In this document: in pieces, positions 36,752 through 44,951 of the stretch | How the letters are laid out: the number at the start of each line of letters is the position of its first letter | Numbering within the stretch: position 1 is the first letter of the stretch | Assembly (NCBI GenBank): GCA_026397255.1 | Contig: JAPLVF010000013.1 | Span: 251,532-315,531 of the forward strand | Origin: Candidatus Beckwithbacteria bacterium | Lineage (GTDB): Bacteria > Patescibacteriota > Microgenomatia > UBA1400 > CG1-02-47-37 | DNA: 64,000 nucleotides | Direction: 5' to 3' | Notes under the pieces: model-generated | Databases searched by the model: none | The model's input: the letters and a program-made list of their open reading frames with translations, nothing else | Told to the model about the DNA's origin: nothing | Translations under genes and position numbers: made by a program

Positions 36752-37933
36752 ATGCATATTGTTCAAATTTGTCAACGTTTCTATTATGGTCATGGACAAG
36801 AGATACATGTATATAATCTCTCTAATGAGTTAGCTCGACTGGGGCATAAAATTACTATTGTTACTTCTGATATCAATGCTTCTGATATTTTCAAAAAAGA
36901 CCTAAAATTACATGAAAATATTAATATCATGATTAGTAAAGCCATAAAGATAAAATATCCAACAAACCAACTATTGTTCCCAAATTTAGGAGAAGAGTTA
37001 CTACAAATGAATAATGTCGACATTATTCATGCTCATGGGGCAATGTGTTATTCGTCTCTTGTTGGTTTGACTATTGCTAAGACTAAGAAAATTCCTTTTG
37101 TCTTTACACCACACTTTCACCCATGGAGATTCTTTGAACAAAGGCCATACCGTTATATACGAGAGGCTTACGAAAAAACTTTTACTATTCCAATTATGCG
37201 GGAATCATCGGCAGTGATTGCAGTTTCTCCATTTGAAAAAAATTATTTAGTTGTGCGTCGTAAGCTTTCTCAGGAAAAAATTCATGTCGTTGCCAATGGA
37301 ATTAACGCTTTTTACTACCCCTCTGTTGTGTCGCGACGAGCGGTTCGCCAGCACCATGATATTCCAGAAAATAAACGATATCTTATCGCTTTTGGTACAA
37401 AAACTGATCCTCGAAAAGGAGTTGATCGTACACTCCAGGTTTTTGACCTAATCAATAAAAAAATTCCTGAAACACAACTTATAATCGTTGGCTGGAAGTA
37501 TAAAAAGAAGGCTGACCACATTGCAAATCTAATGGATGCCTTGCCTTGTAAAAAAAACGTCACAACCCTTGGTTATGTATCTGAGGATGAAAAAGTGGCA
37601 TTAATAAAAATGAGTGACGTCCTCATTTCCCCCACAAGCTATGAAGCTTTTGGAATTATTCTTGGAGAAGCGATGATGTTAAAAGTTCCAGTCGTAGTGA
37701 CCAGAGTTGGCGGGACACCCTTTATTGTTCGACATCGAAAAACTGGACTTACCGTCGGTAGATATAATAGCATTAATAAATTTGCACAATATACACTAGA
37801 ATTACTCCGAGATAACAAGCTACGTGAGCGTATGGGAGAAGAAGGAAAACGACTGGTTAAAAAATACTTTACGTGGAAAAAAATTACAAAGGATGTTAAT
37901 CGAGTATATTTAAGTGTACTTAAAAAGCAATAA
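36752..37933 (+). CDS. GT4-family (GT-B) glycosyltransferase. The start was moved to MHIV; the track ORF begins at 36671 and runs through the tRNA.
   Basis: C-terminal EAFGIILGEAMMLKVPVVVTRVGG (GT4 EX7E-type region). About 394 aa. Confidence 0.8.
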   Translation: MHIVQICQRFYYGHGQEIHVYNLSNELARLGHKITIVTSDINASDIFKKDLKLHENINIMISKAIKIKYPTNQLLFPNLGEELLQMNNVDIIHAHGAMCYSSLVGLTIAKTKKIPFVFTPHFHPWRFFEQRPYRYIREAYEKTFTIPIMRESSAVIAVSPFEKNYLVVRRKLSQEKIHVVANGINAFYYPSVVSRRAVRQHHDIPENKRYLIAFGTKTDPRKGVDRTLQVFDLINKKIPETQLIIVGWKYKKKADHIANLMDALPCKKNVTTLGYVSEDEKVALIKMSDVLISPTSYEAFGIILGEAMMLKVPVVVTRVGGTPFIVRHRKTGLTVGRYNSINKFAQYTLELLRDNKLRERMGEEGKRLVKKYFTWKKITKDVNRVYLSVLKKQ

Positions 37934-39095
37934 GTGCCTTATGGCGATTGATTATCAGCTTAAACAGATTAAGGTGCTGAAGAGCAACGTTAGGCCAAGT
38001 CATTAACCGACCAAGACTATAAGCATTCTTCTCTATTTCCTGCCTTTGTTTTGGATTTTGCCAATAATAAATTACTTTCTGGGCCAGTGCCTGATAATTA
38101 CGAAAAGGAACTAAGATCCCCCGGTTATGGGAAAGAACTTCTCGGGCATAAAGATAAGGCGTGGAAATGCAAAATTTCCCGGCTCCAAGCGCATAACTTA
38201 AGGCTCCGGAGGCAGATTGTTGAGGCGATAAATAAGGTGTGACATAAATATCGATTGTTCTTAACCATAAAATTAACTTCTCGAGGGAAAGATATTGATT
38301 GATAAATTTAACATTATCTCTAATGCCTAATTGTTTAATCATTTTTTTAAGGGATTGGCGATAAGCTTCGCCGTCACGCTGAAGGACAACAGGATGGGTT
38401 TTCCCGATAACCAGGTATAAAACCTGAGGAAGGTGCTGTTTGATGATGGCGACCGCTTTTAAAGAATATTCAATTCCTTTGCTTTGAGTAATCAGATTGA
38501 TGTTGCCTAAAATTAAACGCTTGGCCAATTTCTTTTTTCGTTTATATTTGTCTGTGGAGCAGTAAGCTAAGTCCGGAATACCATGAGGAATAACCACAAT
38601 TTTTTGTGTCGGGATGCCATAATCTTTAACTAATTTTTGCCGGCTTTGATTGATCATGACCGTAACCGCTTGTGATTTGGCAATGATCTTTTTCAGAATC
38701 AGGCCGTGGCGAGACCGAGGGTCATCGGAAAGGCTGTGAATAGTGGTGACGAGAGGTAATTTTAAAGCATTAATAAATGGCAGTAAATAATCACCACATT
38801 GGCCACCGAAAAGGCCAAATTCATGCTGAAGAGAAACTAAGTCTGCCCCGGAATGATTAATGAACTCGGCCGCTTTAAGATAGTCGTGGGGCTGAAGGTG
38901 GTTTAAAACAAACTTAACCTCTTTGGGATAATCCAGACTTTCTTGTCCCCGGTTGACAGCAATAATTTTAGCTAAGTGATAAGGATTTAAGAGATTAACG
39001 GCATTAGTCAGGTTTTTAGTATAAGTGGCAATGCCACAGTGCCGAGGAATATACGAGGATACATAAATAATCCGCTTGGCTAAATTTTTTATCAT
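37920..39095 (-). CDS. GT4-family (GT-B) glycosyltransferase.
   Basis: Typical group-1 glycosyltransferase C-terminal half. Convergent with the upstream GT4 gene, overlapping it by 14 nt. Confidence 0.7.
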   Translation of the reverse strand: MIKNLAKRIIYVSSYIPRHCGIATYTKNLTNAVNLLNPYHLAKIIAVNRGQESLDYPKEVKFVLNHLQPHDYLKAAEFINHSGADLVSLQHEFGLFGGQCGDYLLPFINALKLPLVTTIHSLSDDPRSRHGLILKKIIAKSQAVTVMINQSRQKLVKDYGIPTQKIVVIPHGIPDLAYCSTDKYKRKKKLAKRLILGNINLITQSKGIEYSLKAVAIIKQHLPQVLYLVIGKTHPVVLQRDGEAYRQSLKKMIKQLGIRDNVKFINQYLSLEKLILWLRTIDIYVTPYLSPQQSASGALSYALGAGKFCISTPYLYAREVLSHNRGILVPFRNYQALAQKVIYYWQNPKQRQEIEKNAYSLGRLMTWPNVALQHLNLFKLIINRHKALIAF

Positions 39096-40105
39096 GATTT
39101 TTTTATGGCGGCCACAAGAGAGGCAAGCTTGACTGATTTGGCACCAATACGGTTGTCAGCGGCGCCATAATAAATATAAAGAGTCCCGTCTTTGACGACT
39201 GCACCGGTGGGAAAGACAACGTTATTGACAGTGCCGGTTTTTTCCCAATAAATGCGGGGTGAAAACAGAGGTTCTTTTAATCGACCGAGAACTTTAGTGG
39301 GATTTTTAAGATCAAGCAAGGCGGCGCCGGCGTGATAAATCTTCCCCAAGGGTGTATCTTCAACCGCATGATAGATAATTAACCAACCGTCTTTTGTTTT
39401 AATCGGCGGACAGCCGCCGCCAACATTGCGGCTTTCATACCAAAAAAGAGGCTCAAGGACAATAAAATTGCCTAAATTTTTTAAATAATGACGCCAGAAA
39501 TGTTCTGATAACTTCGAAAAATCTTTAAAGTAAATTATTTGAATTCCAGGCAGAATCCGATGAAGCATGGCAAATTTATGATGGAATTTTTGGGGAAAAA
39601 GAGAGGCGTCTTTTTCATAAAGTAAAACATCTTGCCCTTTTTTTTCTTTGTAGAACATCTCGAACATGCGATACCGCTCTTTAATTTTTGACTCACGGAA
39701 AATGTCTTCGGCCTTATCATAAGAGATTGCCGGCGAAATCAGGCCGTGTTTAGCAAAATGAATAAGGTCCTGACTGGTAGCATAAGCAATGCGGGCGTTT
39801 TGGCCATCATAAGCAGTATAGAAAAGATAATATGTTCCTTGAAAAAAGGTAATCCGGGGATCTTCCACGCCTTTTTTTTCGTATTCGTTTTCAGGAAAGA
39901 GAATTGGCTTGGGTAGTCTTTTAACAACCTTGTTGTTGACCAACTGGCAGTAGCCAATGGAAGAAATGTCATTTTGGTTGATTGCCCGATAAAACATGTG
40001 GGTAACGTCATTAACCTGAATGCAGGCCGGATTGAGAACAGCTTTGGCTTCAAATTCCCGATGGGTTTTCTCTAAAATTATTCCCTCGTCTTTAATTTTT
40101 AACAT
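39092..40105 (-). CDS. GH130-family glycoside phosphorylase/hydrolase (beta-mannoside phosphorylase-like).
   Basis: NPACIQVNDVTHMFYRAIN...DPRITFFQGTYYLFYTAYDG...GGCPPIKTKDGWLIIYHAV matches the GH130 five-bladed propeller. Confidence 0.7.
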   Translation of the reverse strand: MLKIKDEGIILEKTHREFEAKAVLNPACIQVNDVTHMFYRAINQNDISSIGYCQLVNNKVVKRLPKPILFPENEYEKKGVEDPRITFFQGTYYLFYTAYDGQNARIAYATSQDLIHFAKHGLISPAISYDKAEDIFRESKIKERYRMFEMFYKEKKGQDVLLYEKDASLFPQKFHHKFAMLHRILPGIQIIYFKDFSKLSEHFWRHYLKNLGNFIVLEPLFWYESRNVGGGCPPIKTKDGWLIIYHAVEDTPLGKIYHAGAALLDLKNPTKVLGRLKEPLFSPRIYWEKTGTVNNVVFPTGAVVKDGTLYIYYGAADNRIGAKSVKLASLVAAIKKS

Positions 40106-40139
40106 TACTAATTATAGCTTATCTGATAAAATACAGGTT

Positions 40140-41366
40140 ATGCTAAAACAAATTGCGATGATTTCCTACCATACCTGCCCTTTAGCAGCCGAGGAAGGTA
40201 AAGAAACCGGCGGAATGAATGTTTATGTGCTGGAGTTATCAAAAGAACTGGCGAAACAGGGGTGGAAAGTGGATATTTTTACCAGAGCGCAAGGTTTAAA
40301 TTGCAGTAAAATCGTTAATTTCCGGCCAAACCTAAGGGTAATTCACTTAAGCGCCGGGGTTCGAGGGTATATTTCTAAAAAAGAGCTGCCCCGCTACATT
40401 GATGAATTTACCCAAAAAGTGATTAATTTTATCCACAAAGAAAAAATCAGCTACCGTGTTTTACACGCTCACTATTTTATGTCCGGTTTAATCGGGGCGA
40501 ATTTAATCAAAGAAGCGTTCCCGAATTTACCTTTAATCATGCACTTCCACACCCTGGCATTAATGAAAAATCTGGTGGCCAGAGACGAAGGCGAAAGAGA
40601 GTCAGAATACCGGGTAAAAAGTGAGTTTAAACTGGTTAAAATAGCGGATAAAATTATTGCCTCTAGTCTAAACGACAAAACCTTTATCAGTACGCTTTAT
40701 AACTGCCCGGATGAAAAAATCAGAGTGATTGCTCCGGGCGTAGACATAAAGTTATTCCACCCGATAGCCAGAGAAAAAGCCCTGAAATTTATTAAAGAAC
40801 CGGAAACAAGTAAGATTATTCTTTTTGTTGGCCGGGTGGAGCCGCTAAAAGGAGTGGATGTGTTAATGTATGCTTTGAAAATCTGTTTAAAAAAACGGCC
40901 GACAGTCAATTTCCGCCTGTTAATTGTCGGGGGGAATAACCGAAGCCGGTATTTTAACTGTAAGGAGTTAAAAAGACTGAAGTCTTTACAAGAAACTTTA
41001 GGTTTGGGTTCAATTGTCAAGTTTGTTTCCCAGCAGAAACAGAAAGAGCTGCCTTTTTATTACAACGCCGCCGATCTGGTAGTGATGCCGTCATATTACG
41101 AAACTTTCGGCATGACTGCCCTGGAGGCAATGGCCTGCGGCGCGCCGGTGATTACCACCGATACTTCGGGGGCGTCGGAAATTATCGGCAAACAGCGCAA
41201 TTTAATTATCCCTGTCAGCAATCCTTTAACCCTGGCATCAGAGATAATATTCAGTTTAAAGCAGAAAAAGAACTTACAGACGCAAAAACAAATGTTAAGT
41301 AAAGTCAGATATTTATCCTGGAAAAAAGTGGCCCAAGAAACGGCTAAATTATACCGGGAGCTCTAA
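40140..41366 (+). CDS. GT4-family glycosyltransferase, MshA/sucrose-phosphate-synthase-like. The start was moved to MLKQIAM.
   Basis: N-terminal HTCPLAAEEGKETGGMNVYV is the donor/acceptor loop typical of MshA-like GT4 enzymes. C-terminal E..E region FGMTALEAMACGAPVITT. Confidence 0.75.
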   Translation: MLKQIAMISYHTCPLAAEEGKETGGMNVYVLELSKELAKQGWKVDIFTRAQGLNCSKIVNFRPNLRVIHLSAGVRGYISKKELPRYIDEFTQKVINFIHKEKISYRVLHAHYFMSGLIGANLIKEAFPNLPLIMHFHTLALMKNLVARDEGERESEYRVKSEFKLVKIADKIIASSLNDKTFISTLYNCPDEKIRVIAPGVDIKLFHPIAREKALKFIKEPETSKIILFVGRVEPLKGVDVLMYALKICLKKRPTVNFRLLIVGGNNRSRYFNCKELKRLKSLQETLGLGSIVKFVSQQKQKELPFYYNAADLVVMPSYYETFGMTALEAMACGAPVITTDTSGASEIIGKQRNLIIPVSNPLTLASEIIFSLKQKKNLQTQKQMLSKVRYLSWKKVAQETAKLYREL

Positions 41367-41367
41367 C

Positions 41368-41431
41368 TTGACTTATAGGCCTAAAGTGCTATAATGCGTC
41401 TATTCCTCCAAGTATTGGAGGATTTTTTATG
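41368..41431 (+). promoter_or_regulatory. Sigma70-like promoter (TTGACT at 41368-73, 16-nt spacer, TATAAT at 41390-95). It is followed by a hairpin (TCCTCCAA-gta-TTGGAGGA, 41404-41422) plus a T6 run. The hairpin's 3' arm is the ribosome-binding site (GGAGGA) for the M23 peptidase gene.
   Basis: Read directly from the sequence. 8-bp perfect stem, 3-nt loop, then TTTTTT, then ATG at 41429. Confidence 0.55.
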
Positions 41432-42094
41432 ATTTTAAAAAGGCTGATTTTGCTGTGCTGGTCAATGCTCCTGATGGCATTAATGCTACCCTATCAGATA
41501 TTTAGGGTGTTTGTGCCGGCTACCAGGAGAGGACGGCCGGGCAGCCACCCAATCTCCAAGTTTTTTAGGCATACATTTGAGAACAAAAAAACCAGGCAGG
41601 TGGTCGGGGCGGGTTTGACCATAATCCTCATGTTTTCCGGGTTAATGAGTAATATTGCGGCGGCTAATGAACCCTTAAAAACAGACGAAACGGTGATGGT
41701 CAGTCCTGATAGCCAGATTGAAACTAAAACGTCTTTACAACACCCAATTAAGGGGGTACTTGCTCAAGGCTTTCATGGTCTGCACAAGGGTATAGATATT
41801 TTAGCACCGCTTGGGACGGAAATTAGGCCAATTAATAGCGGCCAGGTGATTGAGATTAGTTTTGGCCGGATTGGCTGGGGCAATACGGTGGTAGTGGAAC
41901 ATGAACAGGGATTGAAGTCACGTTATGCCCATATGAGAGATATCAACGTTGTTGAAGGACAAGCTGTTGATAAAGAAGTGGTTTTAGGAACTGTCGGTAT
42001 GACCGGCTGGACGACTGGGCCCCATCTGCATTTGGAAACCTACCAATATGATAAAGCGATTGATCCGCAAAGCGTGCTGCCGGAATTTCCTTAG
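41429..42094 (+). CDS. M23-family (LytM) peptidoglycan endopeptidase.
   Basis: HKGIDILAPLGTEI...GNTVVVEHEQGLKSRYAHM...GMTGWTTGPHLHLE, i.e. the HxxxD and HxH motifs. Confidence 0.8.
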   Translation: MILKRLILLCWSMLLMALMLPYQIFRVFVPATRRGRPGSHPISKFFRHTFENKKTRQVVGAGLTIILMFSGLMSNIAAANEPLKTDETVMVSPDSQIETKTSLQHPIKGVLAQGFHGLHKGIDILAPLGTEIRPINSGQVIEISFGRIGWGNTVVVEHEQGLKSRYAHMRDINVVEGQAVDKEVVLGTVGMTGWTTGPHLHLETYQYDKAIDPQSVLPEFP

Positions 42095-42231
42095 AAAATT
42101 ACCTTAATACCGACGGCTTGTTGGTTGGCGGAAATTAAAGAGATGGCCAAAACCGCCAAAGCGATCAGGAAAAAAACAATGGAAGCCAGAGCGGATAAAA
42201 GATATTGCTGGAGTTTGGAAAGTTTAAGCAT
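42091..42231 (-). CDS. Possible 46-aa hydrophobic membrane peptide. Its ATG overlaps the stop of the upstream HIT gene (ATGCTTAA).
   Basis: Manual translation gives MLKLSKLQQYLLSALASIVFFLIALAVLAISLISANQQAVGIKVIF. Not in the ORF track because it is under 60 aa. Confidence 0.25.
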   Translation of the reverse strand: MLKLSKLQQYLLSALASIVFFLIALAVLAISLISANQQAVGIKVIF

Positions 42232-42835
42232 ATAAATTTTTCCATTTCTTTTCGAGCTTAATTATATCCTCTTGCGCTTGTTTCATAATTTCCTGGTTCT
42301 GCTCCATTTGTTTCCAATCCCCGCGTTCTGGTGTTCCCAGCGCCCGGGCAAATCTGTCACGGAAAAAGCGCGGAACGCCTAAACTAGTTTGAACCAGCCA
42401 CATTTTTCTGTCGATAGAAAAAAACAAATATTTTCCCTCTTTTTTAAAGGTTTTAAGTAAGCTGGCTAATTGGATTATCGGTATCAAATTGGTTTGACCC
42501 TCTGGAACAATTATCTCCGGCTCTCCCTGAAAAGGTAGCAGGTGAACATGGGAGTGAAAAACGGTTTGGCCAATCACCCCATGCTCAAAACTACTCATGA
42601 CTTGATATTCTTTTTTTAGAAAGGCGGAGGCCTTATGATACAAGTTTAAAAATTCTTCAAATAGTTTTTGAGGGTAGGCGCCAACGCAGGGAAAATGGTC
42701 TTTAGGAATAATCAAAATGTGACCTTCTACTAAAGGGTGAATGTCACAAACAACATAAAAGTTTTTGGTAGTTTTTAAAAGATGACTTAGGGCTGATGAA
42801 TGAGGATCGCAGTGAGGGCAATCTTTAACAAACAT
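42224..42835 (-). CDS. HIT-family nucleotide hydrolase/transferase.
   Basis: Histidine triad VFHSHVHLLPF with an N-terminal Cys/His Zn-like CPHCDPH. Confidence 0.6.
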   Translation of the reverse strand: MFVKDCPHCDPHSSALSHLLKTTKNFYVVCDIHPLVEGHILIIPKDHFPCVGAYPQKLFEEFLNLYHKASAFLKKEYQVMSSFEHGVIGQTVFHSHVHLLPFQGEPEIIVPEGQTNLIPIIQLASLLKTFKKEGKYLFFSIDRKMWLVQTSLGVPRFFRDRFARALGTPERGDWKQMEQNQEIMKQAQEDIIKLEKKWKNLYA

Positions 42836-42848
42836 AGTTTATTCTACC

Positions 42849-42875
42849 AAAAACCCCGGCGGAAAACCGGGGTTT
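42849..42875 (-). terminator. Rho-independent terminator for groESL: AAA-CCCCGG-cggaaaa-CCGGGG-TTT, with a T5 run on the minus strand.
   Basis: 6-bp GC stem with a 7-nt loop. The flanking A and T tracts make it read as a terminator in both directions. Confidence 0.6.
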
Positions 42876-42900
42876 GGAGTTTAATATTAAAAAGCGTACA

Positions 42901-44529
42901 TTACATCCCCATACCGCCCATGTCGCCCATGCCCGGAGTGGTATTTTTCTTGTCCTCACTGGGTTTGTCACAAATCAGACACTCGGTGGTCAGAATCATG
43001 CTGGCGACCGAGGCGGCGTTTTGCAAAGCCGTCCGGGTAACTTTGGCCGGATCCAGAATTCCCTGGGCCAACATGGAACCGAATTCCAGGGTGAGGGTGT
43101 TAAAGCCAAAATCGGCCTTGCCTTCTTCGACTTTTTTAACCACCCAGCCGGCATCAACGCCGGAGTTTTCGGCTAATAGTCGAACCGGTTGCTTTAAGGC
43201 ATACCTTAAGATATCCAGACCGATTTTTTCATCGTCGTTGATTGTCTTAACGCTATCCAGGACTTTAGCGGCCCGAAGCAGGGTAATCCCGCCACCGGGA
43301 ACAATACCCTCTTCCACAGCGGCTTTGGTGGCCTCAACGGCGTCTTTGACACGTTCCTGAGTTTCTTTCAGCTCAATTTCCGTGGCCGCACCGACATTAA
43401 TGACGGCGACCCCGCCGGAAAGTTTAGCCAGACGCTCCTGCAATTTTTCTTTATCAAAGTCCGAAGTAGTCCGGTCGACTTCTTTTTTAATCGAAGCAAT
43501 CCGGGCCTGAATCGCGGCTTTGATGCCTTTACCGCCGATAATCCGGCAATTGTCTTTATCAGCCCAGACTTTATCCGCCCGACCGCAGTCTTCAACCGTA
43601 ACGCTGTCTAATTTCCGGCCGGTATCTTCGGAAATCACGGAACCGCCGGTCAAAATCGCAATGTCTTCCAACATGGCTTTTCTCCGATCGCCGAAGCCCG
43701 GGGCCTTAACGGCCAGTAAATTAAAGGCGCCGCGCAATTTATTAACGACTAGGGTCGCTAGGGCTTCGCCTTCAATTTCGTCGGCAATAATCACAATGTT
43801 TTTGGTGACTTTGACCGCGCCTTCCAAAAAAGGTAAAAGGTCGGCAATCGCGGTGACTTTTTTGTCGGTAATTAAGATAACCGGGTCATCAATTTCCGCC
43901 TCCATTTTGTCGGCATTGCTGACAAAATAGGGAGAAACATAACCATTGTCAAACTCCATACCTTCTTTGTGATCAATGGTCATCTCAAAGCCCTTAGATT
44001 CTTCGACTTCGACCACGCCGTCGCGGCCGGCCATTTTTAACGCTTCGGCGATTTTGGCGCCGATGTTGGCATCAGAAGCAGAAATAGTGGCCACCTGTTT
44101 AATTTCCTGGTCGGTTTTAACCGGCTTGCTGATCTTTTTAACTTCGGCGACAATGGCTTCCACACCCTTATCAATGCCTTTTTTAATGAGCATCGGGTTG
44201 GCGCCGGCAGTGACATTTTTCATTCCCTGGGACACAATTGCCTGAGCTAAAAGTGTCGACGTGGTGGTGCCGTCACCGGCAACATCGTTGGTTTTGCTGG
44301 CTGCTTCTTTAATTAACTGAGCGCCCATATTTTCAAATGGGTCTTCCAGCTCAATTTCTTTGGCAACGGTGACGCCGTCATGAACAATATTGGGAGCGCC
44401 CCATTTTTTGTCCAAAGCGACGTTGCGGCCTTTGGGGCCCAAGGTGATAACCACAGCCTTAGATAAAATGTTGACACCCTTTAAAAGTTTTTGGCGGGCA
44501 TCATCGGAAAAAATAAGTTGTTTTGACAT
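42901..44529 (-). CDS. groL: Chaperonin GroEL (Hsp60).
   Basis: 542 aa. [25 protein letters not shown]-terminal GGM repeats ([11 protein letters not shown]). Confidence 0.95.
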   Translation of the reverse strand: MSKQLIFSDDARQKLLKGVNILSKAVVITLGPKGRNVALDKKWGAPNIVHDGVTVAKEIELEDPFENMGAQLIKEAASKTNDVAGDGTTTSTLLAQAIVSQGMKNVTAGANPMLIKKGIDKGVEAIVAEVKKISKPVKTDQEIKQVATISASDANIGAKIAEALKMAGRDGVVEVEESKGFEMTIDHKEGMEFDNGYVSPYFVSNADKMEAEIDDPVILITDKKVTAIADLLPFLEGAVKVTKNIVIIADEIEGEALATLVVNKLRGAFNLLAVKAPGFGDRRKAMLEDIAILTGGSVISEDTGRKLDSVTVEDCGRADKVWADKDNCRIIGGKGIKAAIQARIASIKKEVDRTTSDFDKEKLQERLAKLSGGVAVINVGAATEIELKETQERVKDAVEATKAAVEEGIVPGGGITLLRAAKVLDSVKTINDDEKIGLDILRYALKQPVRLLAENSGVDAGWVVKKVEEGKADFGFNTLTLEFGSMLAQGILDPAKVTRTALQNAASVASMILTTECLICDKPSEDKKNTTPGMGDMGGMGM

Positions 44530-44541
44530 ACTTCGACTCCT

Positions 44542-44850
44542 TTATTTGACGATTATGGCTAATACGTCTTTAAATTCAATAAATAAGATTTCGTCTTTGT
44601 CAGTGAGGCCTAATTTAACTTCGTTGCCGCCCCATTTTTTGTAGATAATGGTGTCGTTGACTTTACAAGGCGCGGGGCGCTTAGCGCCGGAGTCGGTTAC
44701 TTCTTCGGGTCCAATCGCCAAAACTTTGGCTTGCTGGGGTTTTTCGTCGTGGGAATCGGGTAGATAAATACCGGAAGCGGTTTTTTTCTGTTGAGCGACC
44801 GGTTCAACTAAAATATAGCCGGCAGTGGGCTGAAAATTGGGCTTAGCCAT
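44542..44850 (-). CDS. groS: Co-chaperonin GroES (Hsp10). The start was moved to MAKPNFQP, which has an AGGAGG RBS 7 nt upstream.
   Basis: 102 aa. GYILVEPV...SGIYLPD...KVLAIGP is a typical GroES sequence. The track ORF (to 44889) reads through the 5' UTR. Confidence 0.9.
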   Translation of the reverse strand: MAKPNFQPTAGYILVEPVAQQKKTASGIYLPDSHDEKPQQAKVLAIGPEEVTDSGAKRPAPCKVNDTIIYKKWGGNEVKLGLTDKDEILFIEFKDVLAIIVK

Positions 44851-44936
44851 AAAAATCCTCCTTAAATCCGCCAGCTGGCGGATTATCACTCTATTATAAC
44901 AAGTGCTATTTTAAGGGCGTAAAGATTTCTTGTCAA
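44851..44936 (-). promoter_or_regulatory. groESL promoter region. It contains TTGACA (44936-44931), a 17-nt spacer and TAAAAT (44913-44908). A CIRCE-like inverted repeat ATAGCACTT-N9-GAGTGATAA lies at 44909-44883, and its spacer carries TTATAAT. The 20-nt palindrome AATCCGCCAGCTGGCGGATT at 44885-44866 sits in the 5' UTR.
   Basis: Reverse-complement of 44848-44950 reads ...TTGACAagaaatctttacgccctTAAAATagcacttgttataatagagtgataATCCGCCAGCTGGCGGATttAAGGAGGatttttATG. CIRCE consensus TTAGCACTC-N9-GAGTGCTAA is matched at 15 of 18 positions. Confidence 0.5.
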
Positions 44937-44951
44937 GGGCAGTTTCCAATA

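Noticed and set aside
40020-40139. The 5' extension of the MshA-like GT4 ORF (MQAGLRTALASNS...).
   Set aside because: It overlaps the convergent GH130 gene end and has a low-complexity translation. The conserved GT4 N-terminus starts at MLKQIAMISYHTCP (40140).
43520-44245. Plus-strand ORFs (136, 89 and 84 aa) inside groEL, and similar antisense ORFs inside lepA, murJ, valS and others (for example 5290-5538, 8991-9377, 52983-53313).
   Set aside because: They lie entirely antisense within strongly supported conserved genes. They have low-complexity composition and no RBS.
44851-44889. Extended GroES start (MIIRQLADLRRIF...).
   Set aside because: The canonical N-terminus MAKPNF begins at 44850 with an AGGAGG RBS 7 nt upstream. 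The extension translates the 5' UTR palindrome.
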